NCBI RefSeq assembly: GCF_000016745.1
Contig: NC_009483.1
Location: forward strand, 2,520,001-2,552,000
From: Geotalea uraniireducens Rf4
GTDB taxonomy: Bacteria; Desulfobacterota; Desulfuromonadia; Geobacterales; Geobacteraceae
Reading direction: 5' to 3'
DNA length: 32,000 nucleotides
Shown here: positions 1 through 9,548 of the stretch, piece by piece
How the letters are laid out: the number at the start of each line of letters is the position of its first letter
Position numbering within the stretch: position 1 is the stretch's first letter
Translations under genes and position numbers: made by a program
Notes under the pieces: model-generated
The model's input: only the letters and a program-made list of their open reading frames with translations
Told to the model about the DNA's origin: nothing
Databases searched by the model: none

Positions 1-939
1 CGGCAAAAACATCGCCACCACCAATGTCATGATCTTCAATGTATAGGGACTGGAGGACGAATTGAAGATTGTCAGACTATGTGCAGGATCGAGATTGGAA
101 GGTATCAGATTCGGGAAAAGGCCAATGACGCCGGTAAAAACGACCATGAGAATCGTTACGCATGAAGAGGCGAATGCACCTAGCAGGTTGCCCTTTGCAG
201 TAAGGATTCTGATTCCGAGCAGGGCCGCTACAGCCAGGAGCGGTACGATAAGTAAATAAGGAGCGCTGAAGTAATTGTCGTAGAGCCGTGATGCAAATTT
301 TGTATAGCCAAGGAACGCCACCGCAACCACGAGGAGTGCAGGCCAGAGTTTATCAGCCATGGCATGGGCACGCCGGCTCAGGTCGCCGACGGTCTTGACC
401 GAAAGGTAAAGAGCACCGTGTATCAGGAAAAGAAGCACAAACAGTATGCCGGTCAACAGTCCATAAGGATTCAGCAGGTAAATGAGCGACCCGTGATACC
501 CCGTTGCATCCATGGGCAGACCGGCAAAGATGTTACCGAAAGCAACCCCGAAAAGAAGCGCCGGGAGAAAACTGCTGACAACAATGGCAAAATCCCATGA
601 TCGTTTCCATAGGGCACTATCCTCTTTACCCCTGAATTCAAATGAAACCCCGCGGACAATAAGCGCAAACAACAGCAGCAGCAGAGCCGTGTAGAGATAA
701 CTGAACATCAGCGCGTAGGTGGTGGGAAATGCTGCAAAGGTGGCGCCGCCTGCTGTTATCAACCAGACCTCGTTGCCGTCCCAGACAGGACCGATCGTAT
801 TGATGATTACCCGCCGGTCACCATCGTTTTTTCCGAGAAAGATATGAAGCATGCCGGTGCCGAGCACAAAACCGTCTAGCATGAAATAGACTGCCCACAG
901 TACAGCCCAAAGAACGAACCATAATATCTGTAATTCCAT
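1..939 (-). CDS. cydB: Cytochrome bd quinol oxidase subunit II (CydB); 3' end runs off the window
   Basis: Absent from the ORF track because it has no stop in the window. Manual minus-strand translation from ATG 939-937 gives MELQILWFVLWAVLWAVYFMLDGFVLGTGMLHIFLGKNDGDRRVIINTIGPVWDGNEVWLITAGGATFAAFP. It continues with ...GVSFEFRGKEDSALWKR. I checked bases 1-780 in this frame and found no stop; 781-936 agrees with the N-terminal translation (313 codons to base 1). Starts 13 nt after the cydA stop. Confidence 0.85.
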   Translation of the reverse strand, partial: MELQILWFVLWAVLWAVYFMLDGFVLGTGMLHIFLGKNDGDRRVIINTIGPVWDGNEVWLITAGGATFAAFPTTYALMFSYLYTALLLLLFALIVRGVSFEFRGKEDSALWKRSWDFAIVVSSFLPALLFGVAFGNIFAGLPMDATGYHGSLIYLLNPYGLLTGILFVLLFLIHGALYLSVKTVGDLSRRAHAMADKLWPALLVVAVAFLGYTKFASRLYDNYFSAPYLLIVPLLAVAALLGIRILTAKGNLLGAFASSCVTILMVVFTGVIGLFPNLIPSNLDPAHSLTIFNSSSSPYTLKIMTLVVAMFLP

Positions 940-952
940 AATTTCCCTCCTC

Positions 953-2299
953 CTAATTTCTTGTCGGTTTAATGATGGCTGAAAGATCGTCATCCGGCCC
1001 TTTTCGGGCAAGCTTGGTCAGCAGATAGATATCGATGCAGCCGAGTGTGCCGTAAAGGAGGGTAAAGCCGATCAGCGAAACGAGAACCTGGGGAGTACTG
1101 ATGGCTTTGGAAACGGCATCCGAGGTCTTTAGAACGCCGTAGACGATCCAGGGTTGACGCCCCATTTCAGCCACAATCCAGCCGAGTTGATTGGCGATGT
1201 AGGGAAGTGGAAGAGCAAACAACATGATCTTGAGAAACAGCGGATAGTTTTCCAGTTTCCCTTTTCGGGAGAGAAATACCGCGACCAGCGAAAGGACGAA
1301 GAACAGGATGCCGAGACCGACCATGAGCCTGAAGCTGTAGAAAACCGGTGTGACCGGCGGACGTTCCGATTTGGGGAAGTCCTTCAAACCTTTGATTTCC
1401 GCATTTGGCGTATGAAATGCCAGCAAGCTCACCATGTTGGGGATGCAGATACGTTCGAGGGCGTTACATTCCTTAATCTCATCGGGAATAAGCAAAAGGT
1501 TCAACCCTACTCCGCGCTTGGTTTCCCAGACCGACTCCATGGCAGCGAATTTGGCCGGCTGGGTCTTGGCCACCTCCACCGCATGGAAATCGCCGATGAC
1601 CGCCACCAGCAGGGTAGAAACCAGGCCGAAGGTCGCCGCCATCTTGAAGGAAGTTTTAAAAAAATCCGGCTTGTTTTTTTTCAGGAGATGCCACGCGGAT
1701 ACACCCATGACAAAGAACGCCGCCACCGTGTAACCGGAAACAATCTGGTGACCGAACTTCAGAAGGCCGTAGGGGTTTGTCACCATTGCCATGAAATCCA
1801 CCATCTCTGCCCTGCCGTTTCTCAGCACATACCCCACCGGATGCTGCATCCAACCGTTGGCCAACAGTATCCAGAGACCGGATAGATTTGTTGCGATGGC
1901 TACCAGCCAGATGGATATGGCGTGCATTTTCTTCGACACCTTGTTCCAGCCGAATATCCAGACGCCGATAAACACGGACTCCAGGAAGAATGCCATGGTC
2001 GCCTCGATCGCCAGCGGCGCACCGAAAATATCACCCACGTACTTGGAATATTCCGCCCAGTTCATGCCGAACTGGAATTCAAGGGTAATACCGGTCACAA
2101 CCCCCAAGGCAAAGTTTATGAGAAACAGTTTCCCCCAAAACTTCGTCATTTTCAGGTAGAGCTCATCGCCGCTGGACACATAGCGGGTTTCCATATACGC
2201 GACCATAATGGAAAGCCCGAGGGTCAGCGGCACAAAAATGAAATGGAACATGCTCGTGATGGCAAACTGCAGCCGGCTCAAGGTTAAAACATCCATCAA
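953..2299 (-). CDS. cydA: Cytochrome bd quinol oxidase subunit I (CydA)
   Basis: 448-aa ORF. N-terminus MMDVLTLSRLQFAITSMFHFIFVPLTLGL and the GWIVAEMGRQPWIVYG motif are subunit I hallmarks. Multi-TM protein, followed directly by cydB. Confidence 0.93.
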   Translation of the reverse strand: MMDVLTLSRLQFAITSMFHFIFVPLTLGLSIMVAYMETRYVSSGDELYLKMTKFWGKLFLINFALGVVTGITLEFQFGMNWAEYSKYVGDIFGAPLAIEATMAFFLESVFIGVWIFGWNKVSKKMHAISIWLVAIATNLSGLWILLANGWMQHPVGYVLRNGRAEMVDFMAMVTNPYGLLKFGHQIVSGYTVAAFFVMGVSAWHLLKKNKPDFFKTSFKMAATFGLVSTLLVAVIGDFHAVEVAKTQPAKFAAMESVWETKRGVGLNLLLIPDEIKECNALERICIPNMVSLLAFHTPNAEIKGLKDFPKSERPPVTPVFYSFRLMVGLGILFFVLSLVAVFLSRKGKLENYPLFLKIMLFALPLPYIANQLGWIVAEMGRQPWIVYGVLKTSDAVSKAISTPQVLVSLIGFTLLYGTLGCIDIYLLTKLARKGPDDDLSAIIKPTRN

Positions 2300-2361
2300 C
2301 TTCCTCCTTTTAACAGTTTTTGCAACAGCTATCCAGTATTGTTAGAATATTATTAAGTATG

Positions 2362-2370
2362 ATTATATCA
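2362..2370 (-). promoter_or_regulatory. Candidate extended -10 promoter (TGaTATAAT) for cydAB
   Basis: Minus strand reads ...GCAAACgtggtaacaattTGaTATAATcatac about 65 nt upstream of the cydA ATG. There is no good -35 hexamer. The GTTTGC-N7-GCAAAC palindrome (2383-2401) lies over the -35 region. Confidence 0.3.
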
Positions 2371-2457
2371 AATTGTTACCACGTTTGCGGCCAGTGCAAA
2401 CAAATACTGCACTAACCCAAATAAGGTCTTTTTTGTCTTATTTCGTTGCAAAAAAAT

Positions 2458-2871
2458 TTATAGCTGTTTTTGCTTAGCCAACTCCTCAATAGTTACACTA
2501 TCCAATATGTTGACTACCTGACTCTGCACCGTTCTCCAGACCTGATGGACATTGCAGTGCCCTCCCCTGTCACAATAACCCGTGCCCATGAGGCAGCGAT
2601 TGGGAATAATGGGTCCTTCAACAGCCTCGACAACCTCGCGCAGGGTGATAGACGCTGCCGGCCTGCCAAGGGTAAAACCGCCGCCGGTACCTCGAGAGGA
2701 ATTGACAATGCCAAGTTTGGCAAAACTCTGAAATATCTTGGCGAGAAATGTCTGTGGTACATCCGAGGCATGAGCTATCTCGCTGATCAACGAAACCTTT
2801 CCCGGTTGCTGTTGAGCCAGATAAATAATACCGCGGATTGCATATTCGCCCTTGCGGGTCAACTCCATCAT
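2458..2871 (-). CDS. Rrf2-family transcriptional regulator with three-Cys putative Fe-S ligands
   Basis: 137 aa. The N-terminal winged-helix region (LTRKGEYAIRGIIYLA...VPQTFLAKIFQSFAKLGIV.SSRGTGGGF.L) is typical of Rrf2/IscR/NsrR. Cysteines at C93-x6-C100-x5-C106. Confidence 0.9.
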   Translation of the reverse strand: MMELTRKGEYAIRGIIYLAQQQPGKVSLISEIAHASDVPQTFLAKIFQSFAKLGIVNSSRGTGGGFTLGRPAASITLREVVEAVEGPIIPNRCLMGTGYCDRGGHCNVHQVWRTVQSQVVNILDSVTIEELAKQKQL

Positions 2872-2901
2872 AAATGCACCTTCAAGACCGATTTAGTCTT
2901 A

Positions 2902-2930
2902 TTTATAAATGATGAAATTCGAACTGTCAA
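2902..2930 (-). promoter_or_regulatory. Sigma-70-type promoter candidate for the Rrf2 gene (TTGACA-17-TATAAA)
   Basis: Minus strand TTGACAgttcgaatttcatcattTATAAA. The -10 ends 30 nt upstream of the ATG at 2871. A GAAGGTG Shine-Dalgarno follows. The AAGAC-N7-GTCTT palindrome (2884-2900) sits just downstream of the -10. Confidence 0.45.
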
Positions 2931-3042
2931 GAAAAAGATTTCGCTCCGGGTATTTTTCCAACCACTTATCATTAGTAGGTTTAGTGCGGTATTGCGGACA
3001 TCAGACGTATAAAATGCAGATTTTTCACGAACGCCGTATGTT

Positions 3043-4131
3043 TCAAACCCTGAAGGCCCGGCCACCCTGAGCTGTAAAATGGTCGAACAAACACCGGCCT
3101 ATGTTCTGCAACGACACGACAGCAGCAACGCCGCCTCTGGCGATAGCCTCTTTCGGCATACCAAAAACGACACAACTGTTCTCATCCTGGGCAATGGTGT
3201 ATGCACCGGCTTCCTTCATTTCCAAGATGCCGGCAGCCCCGTCATCCCCCATCCCGGTCAGGATAATGCCTATGGCATTCTTGCCGACAAAATTCGCCGC
3301 AGAACGAAACAGTACGTCGACCGAGGGCCTGTGGCGGTTTACCGGTGGACCGTCAGAGAGCTGGATGACATAGTTTGCGCCACTGCGGGATACCATCATA
3401 TGCATGTTTCCAGGCGCAATATAGGCATGACCCGGCAAGATCCTATCCCCTTGTTCTGCCTCTTTAACGCTGATCTTACAGAGACTGTCCAGCCTTTTGG
3501 CAAAGGTTTTTGTGAATGCCTCCGGCATGTGCTGGGTAACGACGATGCCGGGACAATCGGCCGGCATCGTCGTCAGTAGTTCCTTGAGGGCTTCAGTGCC
3601 GCCGGTTGAGGCGCCGATTGCGATGATCTTTTCCGTAGTCGAAATGGACCTGCTAATAAACGGCAGCACAACATCGGCGCTGTTTTTCCTCTCTACGGAA
3701 AGATGGGTATGGCTACGGTTAAGTTTCATTATACGGGCTTTTGCGGCAGTTCGAATCTTGGCGCTGATCTCTTCGGCGTAGTCATTTATGCCGCGGGCAA
3801 TGTCAATTTTGGGTTTGGTCACAAAATCAACCGCTCCCAACTCCAGGGCGTGCAATGTAATAAATGAACTCTTTTCGGTCAAAGAGGAAACCATTATTAC
3901 CGGCATCGGACGAAGGCGCATCAGCTTCTCCAAAAATACCAGCCCGTCCATTCGCGGCATTTCAACGTCCAGGGTAAGGACATCCGGATTGAGCTCCTTG
4001 ATCTTCTCTCGGGCAATCAACGGATCCGGGGCGGTACCCACCACCTCCATATCCGGCTGGCTGTTAATGATTTCAGTCAGTAGACTTCGTATTAATGCCG
4101 AGTCATCAATGATTAAGACTTTGATTGTCAT
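3043..4131 (-). CDS. cheB: Chemotaxis response regulator protein-glutamate methylesterase CheB
   Basis: 362 aa. N-terminal receiver (DD at 9-10, D55 in [12 protein letters not shown]). C-terminal methylesterase domain with GASTGG, TQHMP and GMGDDGA motifs. Confidence 0.93.
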   Translation of the reverse strand: MTIKVLIIDDSALIRSLLTEIINSQPDMEVVGTAPDPLIAREKIKELNPDVLTLDVEMPRMDGLVFLEKLMRLRPMPVIMVSSLTEKSSFITLHALELGAVDFVTKPKIDIARGINDYAEEISAKIRTAAKARIMKLNRSHTHLSVERKNSADVVLPFISRSISTTEKIIAIGASTGGTEALKELLTTMPADCPGIVVTQHMPEAFTKTFAKRLDSLCKISVKEAEQGDRILPGHAYIAPGNMHMMVSRSGANYVIQLSDGPPVNRHRPSVDVLFRSAANFVGKNAIGIILTGMGDDGAAGILEMKEAGAYTIAQDENSCVVFGMPKEAIARGGVAAVVSLQNIGRCLFDHFTAQGGRAFRV

Positions 4132-4191
4132 ATGCCTATCCTGCCCATGTCCATGAAATCTGGTTTCTCACCCCGAACTTCCGGTCGGAAA

Positions 4192-5070
4192 TCATTTATT
4201 CAGGACATAGACTGTTTTCTGACGAATCTTGAAAAGGTCTCCTGCATGATGATAACTTTCCGAATGCCCGGCAAATAACAGCCCATCGGGCTGCAATAAC
4301 GGTACAAACTTTTTCAGAATGTTGTACTGGGTTTCAATGTCGAAATATATCATCACGTTTCGGCAGAAAATGGCATCGAACCTTTCCGTAAGCGACCATT
4401 TTTCATCAAGCAGATTGAGCCGACTGAAGGTGATCAGTTTCTGCAGCTCGGGACGTACCTTGACGAAGCCGGCGCACTTCCCGTCGCCCTTCAGAAAAAA
4501 ACGTTTCAACTGGCCGGGGGACAGTTTTTGCACATGTTCGATCGGATAAACCCCTTGTTCGGCCTTTTCCAGAACATTGGTATCGATGTCAGTTGCAAAA
4601 ATAGTTACGGGCGGATTAAAGCTGTTGAAGTGCTCAACCGCCGTCATTGCCAGCGAATACGGCTCCTCGCCGGTCGATGCAGCGCAACTCCAGATCTTGA
4701 TGGACCGCCTCCTGCCGATACTTCCCAGATGTTGCGCAAGAATCGGGAAATGATGGGGTTCGCGAAAGAATGACGTCAGATTGGTCGTCAGGGCATTGAT
4801 GAACGCTTCAAACTCCTGGTTGCCGCTATCCTCCAATAGACCGATATACTCTCTGAACGACTCTACTCCCGTGATCCGCAATCGTCTCGCCAACCGGCTG
4901 TAAACCATATCCCGCTTGTTTTGGCTGAGCGAAATGCCGGCGCTTTTGTAGAGCAGCTCACGAATTGTGTTAAAGTCTGCCGAAGTATAATGAAATTGCC
5001 GGTTTTCCAGGTCACCCCTGCTCTCCGCTTCATAATTCCGTTTGTTCAAAATATTTGAACACACAGACAT
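4192..5070 (-). CDS. cheR: Chemotaxis protein methyltransferase CheR
   Basis: CheR fold motifs FFREPHHF and IWSCAASTGEEPYSLAM. Start moved from ORF-track 5115 to ATG 5070 because GGGGGGAG lies 5 nt upstream. The longer frame would also overlap the MCP gene. Confidence 0.9.
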   Translation of the reverse strand: MSVCSNILNKRNYEAESRGDLENRQFHYTSADFNTIRELLYKSAGISLSQNKRDMVYSRLARRLRITGVESFREYIGLLEDSGNQEFEAFINALTTNLTSFFREPHHFPILAQHLGSIGRRRSIKIWSCAASTGEEPYSLAMTAVEHFNSFNPPVTIFATDIDTNVLEKAEQGVYPIEHVQKLSPGQLKRFFLKGDGKCAGFVKVRPELQKLITFSRLNLLDEKWSLTERFDAIFCRNVMIYFDIETQYNILKKFVPLLQPDGLLFAGHSESYHHAGDLFKIRQKTVYVLNK

Positions 5071-5099
5071 TTCGCTCCCCCCTTTCGACAAAACAGCGC

Positions 5100-6857
5100 T
5101 TAAAACTCTTTCCAATCCTCCTCAAGGCCCACAACCTTCGGTAATTTTACTTCTCCTGGTCCAGCTGCTTTGCCATATCCATTTGCCACCCTGACCTTCT
5201 CAGGCCTTTTTATCTGGTTAATGCTTTTGTTGGCCGGAGCTTGCGCTGATGTCTGATTGTTTAATTTCACTTCAACGCGCTTTAGCGGACTCTGCTCGGA
5301 ATCATTCAGCTTGAACCTGCTTACCGCGTCTACCATGCTGCGCGCCTGCTCTTTCAATGACTCTGCTGCGGCAGCAGCTTCTTCCACCAAAGCCGCATTC
5401 TGCTGTGTCACATCGTCCATCTGGGTTATGGCCGTATTGACCTGTTCTATCCCGCTGCTCTGTTCCATGGAGGCGGCAGATATTTCCGCCATGATGTCGG
5501 CAACGCGTTTGATGCTGGTTACTATCTCCTGAGTGGTTCTGCCTGCATCTTCAACGAGCCTGCTGCCGGCTTCCACCTTGCCTACGGAATCTTCGATCAG
5601 CGCCTTGATTTCCTTGGCAGCGGCAGCGCTTCGCTGGGCAAGATTGCGCACCTCGCTGGCGACGACAGCGAAACCGCGACCCTGCTCTCCGGCCCTGGCC
5701 GCCTCCACCGCCGCATTCAAGGCGAGAATGTTGGTCTGGAATGCGATGCCGTCGATTACGCCGATTATATCCGCAATCTTCCGGGAGCTGTCGCTGATGG
5801 ATTCCATGGTAGTGACCACCTTGCCGATCACGTCTCCGCCTTTCACGGCCACGTCGCTGGCGGTCACTGCCAGTTGATTTGCCTGCTGGGCATTATCTGC
5901 GTTCTGCTTAACTGTGGAGGTCAGTTCTTCCATGCTCGATGCCGTTTCTTCAAGGGCGGACGCCTGTTCTTCGGTGCGCTGTGATAGATCCGTATTGCCG
6001 GCCGAAATCTGTTCAGTTGCCGTGGCTATGGAATCAGCACCGGTTCTCACTTCACCGACAATATGCGCCAGACTGCCGTTCATCTCCTTTAACGCCTCCA
6101 GCAGATGGCCGGTTTCATCCCGGCTCTTGACTTCAATAATGTTGGTGAGGTTGCCGGCGGCAATCTGCTCTGAAACACCGATTGCTTCATTCAGCGCCAG
6201 CTTTATTCTACTGGCGACAAAATATGCGAAAACGAAGATAAATAGTGCGCAAAGGAATGTCGCGATAATTATCTGCCACCTCAATTTGGACATTTCAGCC
6301 TGCACGTCATCCACATAGATGCCGCTTCCGACAACCCAGTCCCAACCTTTGACCAGTTTCACGTAGGAAATTTTGTCGACCGGTTTCGCGGCGCCCGGCT
6401 TGGACCACATATATTCCACGGTGCCTGCTTCCTTCTCTTTTGCCACCTTGGCGAATTCGATGAAGATCTGTTTGCCGTTCGGATCTTTCAGGTCTGAAAC
6501 ATTTTTTCCGTCAAGTTCGGGCTTTATGGGATGCATCAGCATCTTTGGTTCCAGGTCGTTGACCCAGAAGTACTCATTCCCCTGGTAACGGAGGTTTCGT
6601 ACACCCTCCAAAGCCCTCTTCTGGGCTTCCGCAACCGGCAGTTCACCGGATTTTGCTTTGGCCTGAAAACCCTCTATCATTGTATATGCTACTTCCACGA
6701 CGCTCTTGGTGGCTGCCATCTTCTCAGACATCAGTTTCTGTCCGAATAAAGGAAGAACATAAAACATGATTCCGGAAACCAGGAGCGCGATCGTGACAAT
6801 TGAGATGCTCAGAATTTTCGACAGGATTTTCCAGTCTTTAAATTTTGCGATGCCCAT
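5100..6857 (-). CDS. Methyl-accepting chemotaxis protein with single-Cache-like periplasmic domain, HAMP and C-terminal DWKEF pentapeptide
   Basis: 585 aa with two TM segments flanking a periplasmic region. That region carries a Cache-type signature ([25 protein letters not shown]...[36 protein letters not shown]). It also has a HAMP domain and the conserved signalling hairpin ([37 protein letters not shown]). The C-terminus is ...EEDWKEF. Confidence 0.93.
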   Translation of the reverse strand: MGIAKFKDWKILSKILSISIVTIALLVSGIMFYVLPLFGQKLMSEKMAATKSVVEVAYTMIEGFQAKAKSGELPVAEAQKRALEGVRNLRYQGNEYFWVNDLEPKMLMHPIKPELDGKNVSDLKDPNGKQIFIEFAKVAKEKEAGTVEYMWSKPGAAKPVDKISYVKLVKGWDWVVGSGIYVDDVQAEMSKLRWQIIIATFLCALFIFVFAYFVASRIKLALNEAIGVSEQIAAGNLTNIIEVKSRDETGHLLEALKEMNGSLAHIVGEVRTGADSIATATEQISAGNTDLSQRTEEQASALEETASSMEELTSTVKQNADNAQQANQLAVTASDVAVKGGDVIGKVVTTMESISDSSRKIADIIGVIDGIAFQTNILALNAAVEAARAGEQGRGFAVVASEVRNLAQRSAAAAKEIKALIEDSVGKVEAGSRLVEDAGRTTQEIVTSIKRVADIMAEISAASMEQSSGIEQVNTAITQMDDVTQQNAALVEEAAAAAESLKEQARSMVDAVSRFKLNDSEQSPLKRVEVKLNNQTSAQAPANKSINQIKRPEKVRVANGYGKAAGPGEVKLPKVVGLEEDWKEF

Positions 6858-6888
6858 TGTGTACCACCTTTCTTATGTTTTATTGATG

Positions 6889-7380
6889 TTATGCCGCGTT
6901 ATCCATAAGTTGCATTTCAGAACTGCTCATTAATTTTTCAATGTCGATCAGGATCAGCATCTGACCGTTCTGCGTGCCGAGACCGGTTATGTACCGGGTA
7001 TCGAGATCTGAGCCGAGTTCGGGGGCAGGCTTGATCTGCTCCGGTCCCAACTCCACCACATCCGAAACACCATCGACGACCATGCCGACAACCCGGCCAA
7101 GCACGTTCATGATGATGACCACGGTAAACTCGTTGTATGCGACTTGTCCCAGTCTGAACTTGATCCGCATGTCCACGATCGGAACAATAACCCCCCTGAG
7201 GTTGATCACCCCTTTCAGAAATTCCGGTGCATTGGCAATATGGGTAACAGCGTCGTAACCACGTATTTCCTGTACTTTAAGAATGTCCATGCCATATTCT
7301 TCCCGGCCGAGAGAAAAGGTAAGGAATTCCCTTGCACAGCATTCAGCGCTTCTGCCCGATGTCATCTGTTCTATCTGCAT
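6889..7380 (-). CDS. cheW: Chemotaxis coupling protein CheW
   Basis: 163 aa, single CheW domain ([25 protein letters not shown]...[19 protein letters not shown]). Lies between cheA and the MCP gene. Confidence 0.9.
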   Translation of the reverse strand: MQIEQMTSGRSAECCAREFLTFSLGREEYGMDILKVQEIRGYDAVTHIANAPEFLKGVINLRGVIVPIVDMRIKFRLGQVAYNEFTVVIIMNVLGRVVGMVVDGVSDVVELGPEQIKPAPELGSDLDTRYITGLGTQNGQMLILIDIEKLMSSSEMQLMDNAA

Positions 7381-7424
7381 AATGATTGCCCCCCGTAATG
7401 ATTCAAGCTCTCACTTCGTTTTCT

Positions 7425-9548
7425 TCAACCCGCATTTTTCCCCACCTGTAACAGCCCACCAACATCCAGAATCAATGCCACTCGACCATCACCGAGAATT
7501 GTTGCCCCCGCGGTTCCTTCCACTTTACGATAATTATTTTCAAGGCTCTTGATTACAACCTGGTGTTCTCCGATCAATTCGTCCACCATCAGGGCGCCTC
7601 TCTCCCCTTCAGCATCGATCAGCACAAGAATCCCCTCCTCAGGTTTTGTAATCGGTGTTTCCAGATTGAAAACCTCGTAAAGCGGCAGCAACGGCAGATA
7701 TTCTCCGCGCACGTGCACGACCCGCCTGCCGCTTATCATTTTGATATCGTCAGCAAGTGGTTGAAGCGATTCCACAATCGAGTTGAGGGGAATGATGAAC
7801 TTTTCTTTCCCGACCGCAACCGACAGACCGTCCAGTATCGCCAGCGTCAACGGCAGACTGATGGTAAATTTGCATCCCTTGCCCTGTTCAGAGGCAACCT
7901 GGATGCGTCCCCCCATGGCATGGACATTTTTCTGCACCACGTCCATCCCCACCCCGCGGCCCGAGATATCGGTAACGGTATCGGCGGTTGAAAAGCCCGG
8001 CGCAAATATGAGATGCCAAACCTCTTCGTCAGGCATCGTCTCATCAACGTCAAGTCCGCGTTCAAGCGCTTTTTTAAGGATTTTATCGCGGTTGAGACCT
8101 GCGCCGTCGTCTGCAACATCGATGACGATTCTTCCCCCCACCTGGGCTGCGCGCATCGTGATCGTCCCGGTCGCATCCTTACCTCCTGCCTTACGCACGT
8201 GCGGCAATTCAATGGCATGGTCCAGACAGTTGCGCACCAGGTGGGTCAGTGGATCGGCAATTTTTTCAATGAGCCCCTTGTCGAGCTCGGTTGTTTCACC
8301 GAAAGTTTTGAGTTCGACCAGCTTGCCGAGTTTCGCGGAGAGATCCCTGACCAGGCGGGGGAACCTGCTGAAAACAAGGCTGATCGGCACCAGCCGTATC
8401 GACATGATGCTTTCCTGCATGTCGCGGGTATTGCGTTCCAGTTGCATAAGCCCGCGATGAATGTTTTCGAACAGGACGGGATCGAGTTCACTGACAATCT
8501 GGGACATCATGGACTGGGTAATGACCAGTTCGCCGACCTGGTTGATCAATTGGTCAACCTTCGCGACGCCGACACGAATTGAAGAACCCTCTGCGCTCTC
8601 ACCGGCGCGGCGACCATAAGCCCCTGCATCCGTTTCATTACGGTCATAGGCTCTTCTTCCGGGAACAGAGGCTTGCGTATTCATGGGCACGCCAGCCTCT
8701 GCAACAGCCATGACGCCGTTACCCCGATGTTCCTGGCCAGGTTCTGCGGTACTATCGGAAACTTTGGCCGTACCGGTTTCAGATATTACTCTTATCTTCA
8801 ACTCGTTTTCTTCGGCGACGAATTCGAAGATGTCCCGAAGCTCGTTTTCTCCTGCCGCAGTCTCAAGGATGAGATGCCAGCGTGTATAACAATTTTCCGG
8901 GTCAAGTTCGCTGAGTGGGGATGCAAAATCAATGGCGGCCGACACCTGTAATTCACCCAGATCGGCCAGTTCATAGAAGAGGTTCTCCAACCGGACGCCG
9001 CGCTTGAACGTATCTTCAGCCGGCTCGAAATCTATCTCGTATCCGGCAATGGAGTTTGAATGTGCCGCCACGCCGGATGGCGCATCTGCATCAGACAACG
9101 TGGAAAACAGATTAAGTCCGCTGCCCGCATCAACGGCAGCATCGCTTGTCCCGGAGATAAATGCCTCAAGCTTTTTACAGACCTCTTCAATTATCGGCAA
9201 ATCGACCGCGGAACCATCTCGATGCCCTGCCAATTGCATGGCTATCGCATCTCCAGCCTCCAGGAATGCATCAATCATGGTCCTGCTAAGGGTGAGTTCG
9301 TGATTTCTTACCCGGTCGAGGAGAGATTCTAGATCATGGGTAACGATCATCATATCCGTGAATCCGAAGATCCCCGCACTCCCCTTTATGGAATGCGCAG
9401 CCCTGAAAATGGCATGGAGATCATCTTCCTGCGGCGAATCCGGATCAAGCTCAAGAAGAATGCGCTCCATCTCCGTCAGGTGCTCCGCGCTCTCTTCGAA
9501 AAAAACCTGGTTAAACCTGCTCAGGTCATTGGATATGGCGTCAGTCAT
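7425..9548 (-). CDS. cheA: Chemotaxis histidine kinase CheA (no fused receiver)
   Basis: 707 aa. Hpt domain with phospho-His context FRAAHSIKGSAG. HATPase motifs DDGAGL and GRGVGMD. C-terminal CheW-like domain; the protein ends there without a REC domain. Confidence 0.93.
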   Translation of the reverse strand: MTDAISNDLSRFNQVFFEESAEHLTEMERILLELDPDSPQEDDLHAIFRAAHSIKGSAGIFGFTDMMIVTHDLESLLDRVRNHELTLSRTMIDAFLEAGDAIAMQLAGHRDGSAVDLPIIEEVCKKLEAFISGTSDAAVDAGSGLNLFSTLSDADAPSGVAAHSNSIAGYEIDFEPAEDTFKRGVRLENLFYELADLGELQVSAAIDFASPLSELDPENCYTRWHLILETAAGENELRDIFEFVAEENELKIRVISETGTAKVSDSTAEPGQEHRGNGVMAVAEAGVPMNTQASVPGRRAYDRNETDAGAYGRRAGESAEGSSIRVGVAKVDQLINQVGELVITQSMMSQIVSELDPVLFENIHRGLMQLERNTRDMQESIMSIRLVPISLVFSRFPRLVRDLSAKLGKLVELKTFGETTELDKGLIEKIADPLTHLVRNCLDHAIELPHVRKAGGKDATGTITMRAAQVGGRIVIDVADDGAGLNRDKILKKALERGLDVDETMPDEEVWHLIFAPGFSTADTVTDISGRGVGMDVVQKNVHAMGGRIQVASEQGKGCKFTISLPLTLAILDGLSVAVGKEKFIIPLNSIVESLQPLADDIKMISGRRVVHVRGEYLPLLPLYEVFNLETPITKPEEGILVLIDAEGERGALMVDELIGEHQVVIKSLENNYRKVEGTAGATILGDGRVALILDVGGLLQVGKNAG

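Noticed and set aside
1654-1681. A8 and T7 homopolymer runs within cydA coding sequence (LLKKNKPDFFKT), possible slippage or phase-variation tracts.
   Set aside because: The reading frame is intact and the encoded Lys/Phe-rich loop is plausible. An 8-nt run alone is weak evidence for phase variation.
2420-2442. AATAAG...CTTATT inverted repeat after the Rrf2 stop, and the 9-mer AAATAAGAC shared between the rrf2 promoter region and the rrf2-cydA spacer.
   Set aside because: The stem is 6 bp in AT-rich DNA. By my rough estimate a shared 9-mer between two ~150-nt AT-rich regions is not far from chance. It is too weak to call a terminator or a common operator.
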